In this document: piece by piece, positions 61,323-64,000 of the stretch
Position numbering within the stretch: the first letter of the stretch is position 1
Layout: each line of letters opens with the position of its first letter
Assembly: GCA_965243135.1 (NCBI GenBank)
Contig: OZ251539.1
Span: forward strand, 448,001 to 512,000
DNA: 64,000 bases
Origin: Alphaproteobacteria bacterium
GTDB taxonomy: Bacteria > Pseudomonadota > Alphaproteobacteria > MPNO01 > UBA830
Direction: 5' to 3'
Translations under genes and position numbers: made by a program
Notes under the pieces: model-generated
What the model saw: only the letters and a program-made list of their open reading frames with translations
Databases searched by the model: none
What the model was told of the DNA's origin: nothing

Positions 61323-62503
61323 CGGACCGCCTCCAGTTCGCGGAACCGCGATTCCGGAAGCGCGGCGGGAGTCGCGGCGCGGCCTTCGAGCCTCCAGCCG
61401 TCCGGCTCGCGCGACAGGCGCACGATCTCCAGGCCGGGAACCGCGGCCACGAGCGCGGCGACCCGCGGCAGCGGATGCCCCGTCCGCAGCGTCACCCGCC
61501 GTTCCTTCGGGGCGTATTCGAGCGCGACCCCGGCCGTCCCCAGCCGGCGGTCCAGCGACCGCCGCAACCGGCGGTAGGTCGGCGGCTCCGCCGGCGCGAT
61601 CCGGAGCGCAGGCGGCAGCGCCGCCACCGCCCACGCCGTGGCGTCCACCACCGCCGCCGACGGCCAGTCGGCGAGGCGCGCCTCGGCGATCTGCCGGTGC
61701 AGCGGCCGCGGACGGCCGGGCGGCAGCGTCCACCGCGCCGCCAGCGCCGGGCGTCCCGCCAGCCGCGGATGCAGCGGCGCGAGGACCGCGTCCGCGAACC
61801 GCGCCTCGCAGGACAGGCTGTGCAGGTCCCAGGCCGGAAGCCATGGCGGGCGCGCCGCCAGCGCCGCCCGGCAACCCTCGATCAGCGCCGGGCCGTCGAC
61901 CGCCGCGAGAACCTGCGGCTCGGCCGGCGGCGGCGGTTCGGGCGGCGGCCCGGCGCGCCAGCGCCGCAGCGGCTCCTGCCAGTGCCAGGCGGCCCCCGCG
62001 CCAAGGAGAAGGACGAGGAACCCGGCGGCGGCCGCCTCCGGCAGGCGCGTCCGCGGCGCGGCGGACAGCTTCGCCGCCGGCGCCGGCGGGTCGAGATCGA
62101 CCGCGCCCTCCGCCAGCCCCGGCGTCGCGTACGGCGCCCAGCCGCCCGCCTTGCGGGCGCGCTCGAACGCCGCGACCGCCGCCTCCCTGTCGTCGAAGAC
62201 CTCGTCGCCGTCGGCGAGAATCGATCCGTCGCGGACCCGGACCAGCGCGAACCGTCCGCCCTGGCCGCCGGCCAGCGCGACGAAGGACGCGACGCCGACA
62301 TGGGCCGACAGCGCGGCGGCCAGGCTCGGCAGGCCCTCCACGCTCTCCGGGCCGCCCGGCCCGAAGCCCGTCTGGTTCCGCCAGTGCGCGACGAACGGGC
62401 GGCCGAGCTCGCGGGCGCGGCGCGCCGTCGCCGAACGCCCGGCGCGGTCCATCCAGTCGAGGCCCGCGGCGAAGCGTTCGCCGCCGAGAACGACGACGCT
62501 CAC
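61319..62503 (-). CDS. PilO-like type IVb pilus accessory protein
   Basis: FAAGLDW, SLAAAL, VRDGSILADGD, TM, PAWDLHSLSC; GTGA overlap with the pilN stop. Confidence 0.75.
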   Translation of the reverse strand: MSVVVLGGERFAAGLDWMDRAGRSATARRARELGRPFVAHWRNQTGFGPGGPESVEGLPSLAAALSAHVGVASFVALAGGQGGRFALVRVRDGSILADGDEVFDDREAAVAAFERARKAGGWAPYATPGLAEGAVDLDPPAPAAKLSAAPRTRLPEAAAAGFLVLLLGAGAAWHWQEPLRRWRAGPPPEPPPPAEPQVLAAVDGPALIEGCRAALAARPPWLPAWDLHSLSCEARFADAVLAPLHPRLAGRPALAARWTLPPGRPRPLHRQIAEARLADWPSAAVVDATAWAVAALPPALRIAPAEPPTYRRLRRSLDRRLGTAGVALEYAPKERRVTLRTGHPLPRVAALVAAVPGLEIVRLSREPDGWRLEGRAATPAALPESRFRELEAVR

Positions 62504-64000
62504 AGCTCCTCTCCCTCGGAAATCCCCAGCGGGTCGCCGATCTCCGCCGACACCAGGAGAACCTGCTCGAACCGCCGCAACGACGCCTCCCGCCCGCCCT
62601 CCGGCGCCGGCAGCGTCGCGAGGAAGCTGCCCGTCCGGTCCGACGACGCGGCGCGGTCGCGGAACCCCGTGACCACCAGCGTCTCGCCCCGGCGGACGCG
62701 CTGGGTCACCTGGACGGCGCGCGCCGCGTAGGCCGGCAGCTGGATGCGCTGCGACGCCGACGCGAACTCCCGGAACGCCGGACGGTCCTGAAGGCTCGCG
62801 AACAGCCGCACCAGCACCTCGTCCGGACCCGTGATCCGCGGCAGGTACGACAGCGAGAACCCCGACGAGATCGTCCCCGGGATCAGCTGCGTCTGCGCCG
62901 CCCCGTCCGTCACCGTCGTCCGGACTTCCTTCAGGTACGATTCGTTGAACAACTCGAAGAACTGCGCCGGGCGCCCGTTCAGCGACGGCACGTCGGCCGT
63001 CAGCGTCCGCGAGGCGTTGCCCGCCTGCGACAGCGCCCGCAGCGTCGCCTGCAGCGTGTCCTCGGCGCTCCGCCCAGGCTTGACCAGCGCGACCTTGCCC
63101 TCGCCGACCTCCACGTTGAAGCCGCCCGCGCCGCCCCGGCCGATCCGCTGCAGCGCCGCGAGGACGCCCAGCTCGTAGTCCGCCGACCGTTCGTAGCGCA
63201 CCGTGTAGACGTGCGCCGTGAGCGAGACCGGGCGCAGGACCTCCCGGTTCAGATGCGCGAGGAAACGCCGGACGCGCGCGATCTCCCGCGGCAGTCCGCG
63301 CACCGCGACCGACGCCGAGGACGGCGCCACCGAAACCCGCGTGCCCTCGTCGAGCAGCGCCTTCAGCTGGCCGGCGATCTCCTTCCACGGCTCGTACTGC
63401 GCCCGAGCCGCCACCTGCTGCCGCGTCAGGTTCGCCGCGCCGTCCTCGCCCTCCCGGTCCTGGGTCGACGAACTCGCCTCGTAGCTCTGCGACCCGGCGA
63501 GCGCGTTGATCCGGAAGATCGCCGTCCGCGAGCGAATCACCGCGACCCGCTCCGCCTCCGGGTCGTGGCGCCATTCGTAGCCGCGCGCCTCCGTCCAGGC
63601 GTCCAGCAGGTCCGCCGGCGGGCCGGTCCACAGATCGCCCGCCGGCGACAGCGCGTCCCGCGAAACCCCCAGCGCCGGGGGAACTCCTTCGGGCGCGGGA
63701 CCCGCGAACGAAACGCGCATTCCGTCGAGCGCGGCCTCGAGCCGCCGCGCCAGAACCCCGTCCGTCTCGTCGCCGCGCAGCGGCAGCGTCACCGGTTCCG
63801 CCGGCAACAGGCCGCGGCGCTGGAGATCTTCCGGAAGCGCCGTCAGCCCGACGTACGGACGGTCCGCGACGCGAATCGACGAATAGCGATCCGGCGGCGC
63901 CTCAAGCCGTTCCGCGATCGCCCGGCCGGCCTCCGCCGCCGCCCGGTCGGCGGTTTCAAGCTCCGGTTGACCGCAGGCCGCCAGCAGGGCGAGCGGCGCA
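62500..64000 (-). CDS. pilN: PilN/BfpB-family liposecretin (start beyond right edge)
   Basis: Frame is open to the edge with lipobox LLAAC; SLNGRPAQF...SYLKEV, GFSLSYLPRI, IQLP, GETLVVTGF. Confidence 0.85.
   Translation of the reverse strand, partial: APLALLAACGQPELETADRAAAEAGRAIAERLEAPPDRYSSIRVADRPYVGLTALPEDLQRRGLLPAEPVTLPLRGDETDGVLARRLEAALDGMRVSFAGPAPEGVPPALGVSRDALSPAGDLWTGPPADLLDAWTEARGYEWRHDPEAERVAVIRSRTAIFRINALAGSQSYEASSSTQDREGEDGAANLTRQQVAARAQYEPWKEIAGQLKALLDEGTRVSVAPSSASVAVRGLPREIARVRRFLAHLNREVLRPVSLTAHVYTVRYERSADYELGVLAALQRIGRGGAGGFNVEVGEGKVALVKPGRSAEDTLQATLRALSQAGNASRTLTADVPSLNGRPAQFFELFNESYLKEVRTTVTDGAAQTQLIPGTISSGFSLSYLPRITGPDEVLVRLFASLQDRPAFREFASASQRIQLPAYAARAVQVTQRVRRGETLVVTGFRDRAASSDRTGSFLATLPAPEGGREASLRRFEQVLLVSAEIGDPLGISEGEEL

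Noticed and set aside
34909-63631. Very long plus-strand and alternative-frame ORFs (e.g. 1022, 1047, 796 aa) and long N-terminal extensions
   Set aside because: Arg/Pro/Gly-rich shadows of GC-rich coding DNA; the real genes are on the minus strand with overlapping start/stop codons.

Overview
High-GC bacterial accessory DNA in two parts. Right part (~35.1-64 kb, all minus strand, apparently intact): a conjugative/ICE-type operon with a type IVb thin-pilus block (pilN-O-[Cys-rich protein]-P-Q-R-S, two PilV-like pilins, a prepilin peptidase-TcpQ fusion) followed by a Dot/Icm (type IVB, IncI Tra-like) secretion core (dotD-C-B, icmT, DsbG-like, dotI-H-G, icmC/icmD-like, icmB, traW-like, dotA). 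It ends in a VirD4/TraG-type coupling protein and a 198-aa membrane protein, with a ~18-repeat ankyrin gene just downstream. Left part (1-35 kb): a defence-island/IS graveyard. It holds four ISKra4-like copies, two IS66-like elements carrying DUF4338, an intact ISNCY-like IS in a three-level nest, a decayed rve-transposase/ExeA element, three tyrosine recombinase homologues (one intact) and a 5' group II intron fragment. Candidate defence genes there are a MORC/GHKL ATPase + SAM-methyltransferase-like pair, a TIR-like protein, vsr + C5 MTase, a C5 MTase + NotI-like REase, a GIY-YIG nuclease and an unknown soluble + 4-TM pair. The most unusual signal is mutational: decaying DNA is eroded by 5-7 bp deletions that start at 5'-AT(C/G), mostly ATC, and recur independently at the same sites in different IS copies. 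All family calls come from motif recognition by eye; no searches were run. No rRNA, tRNA or CRISPR array was seen.
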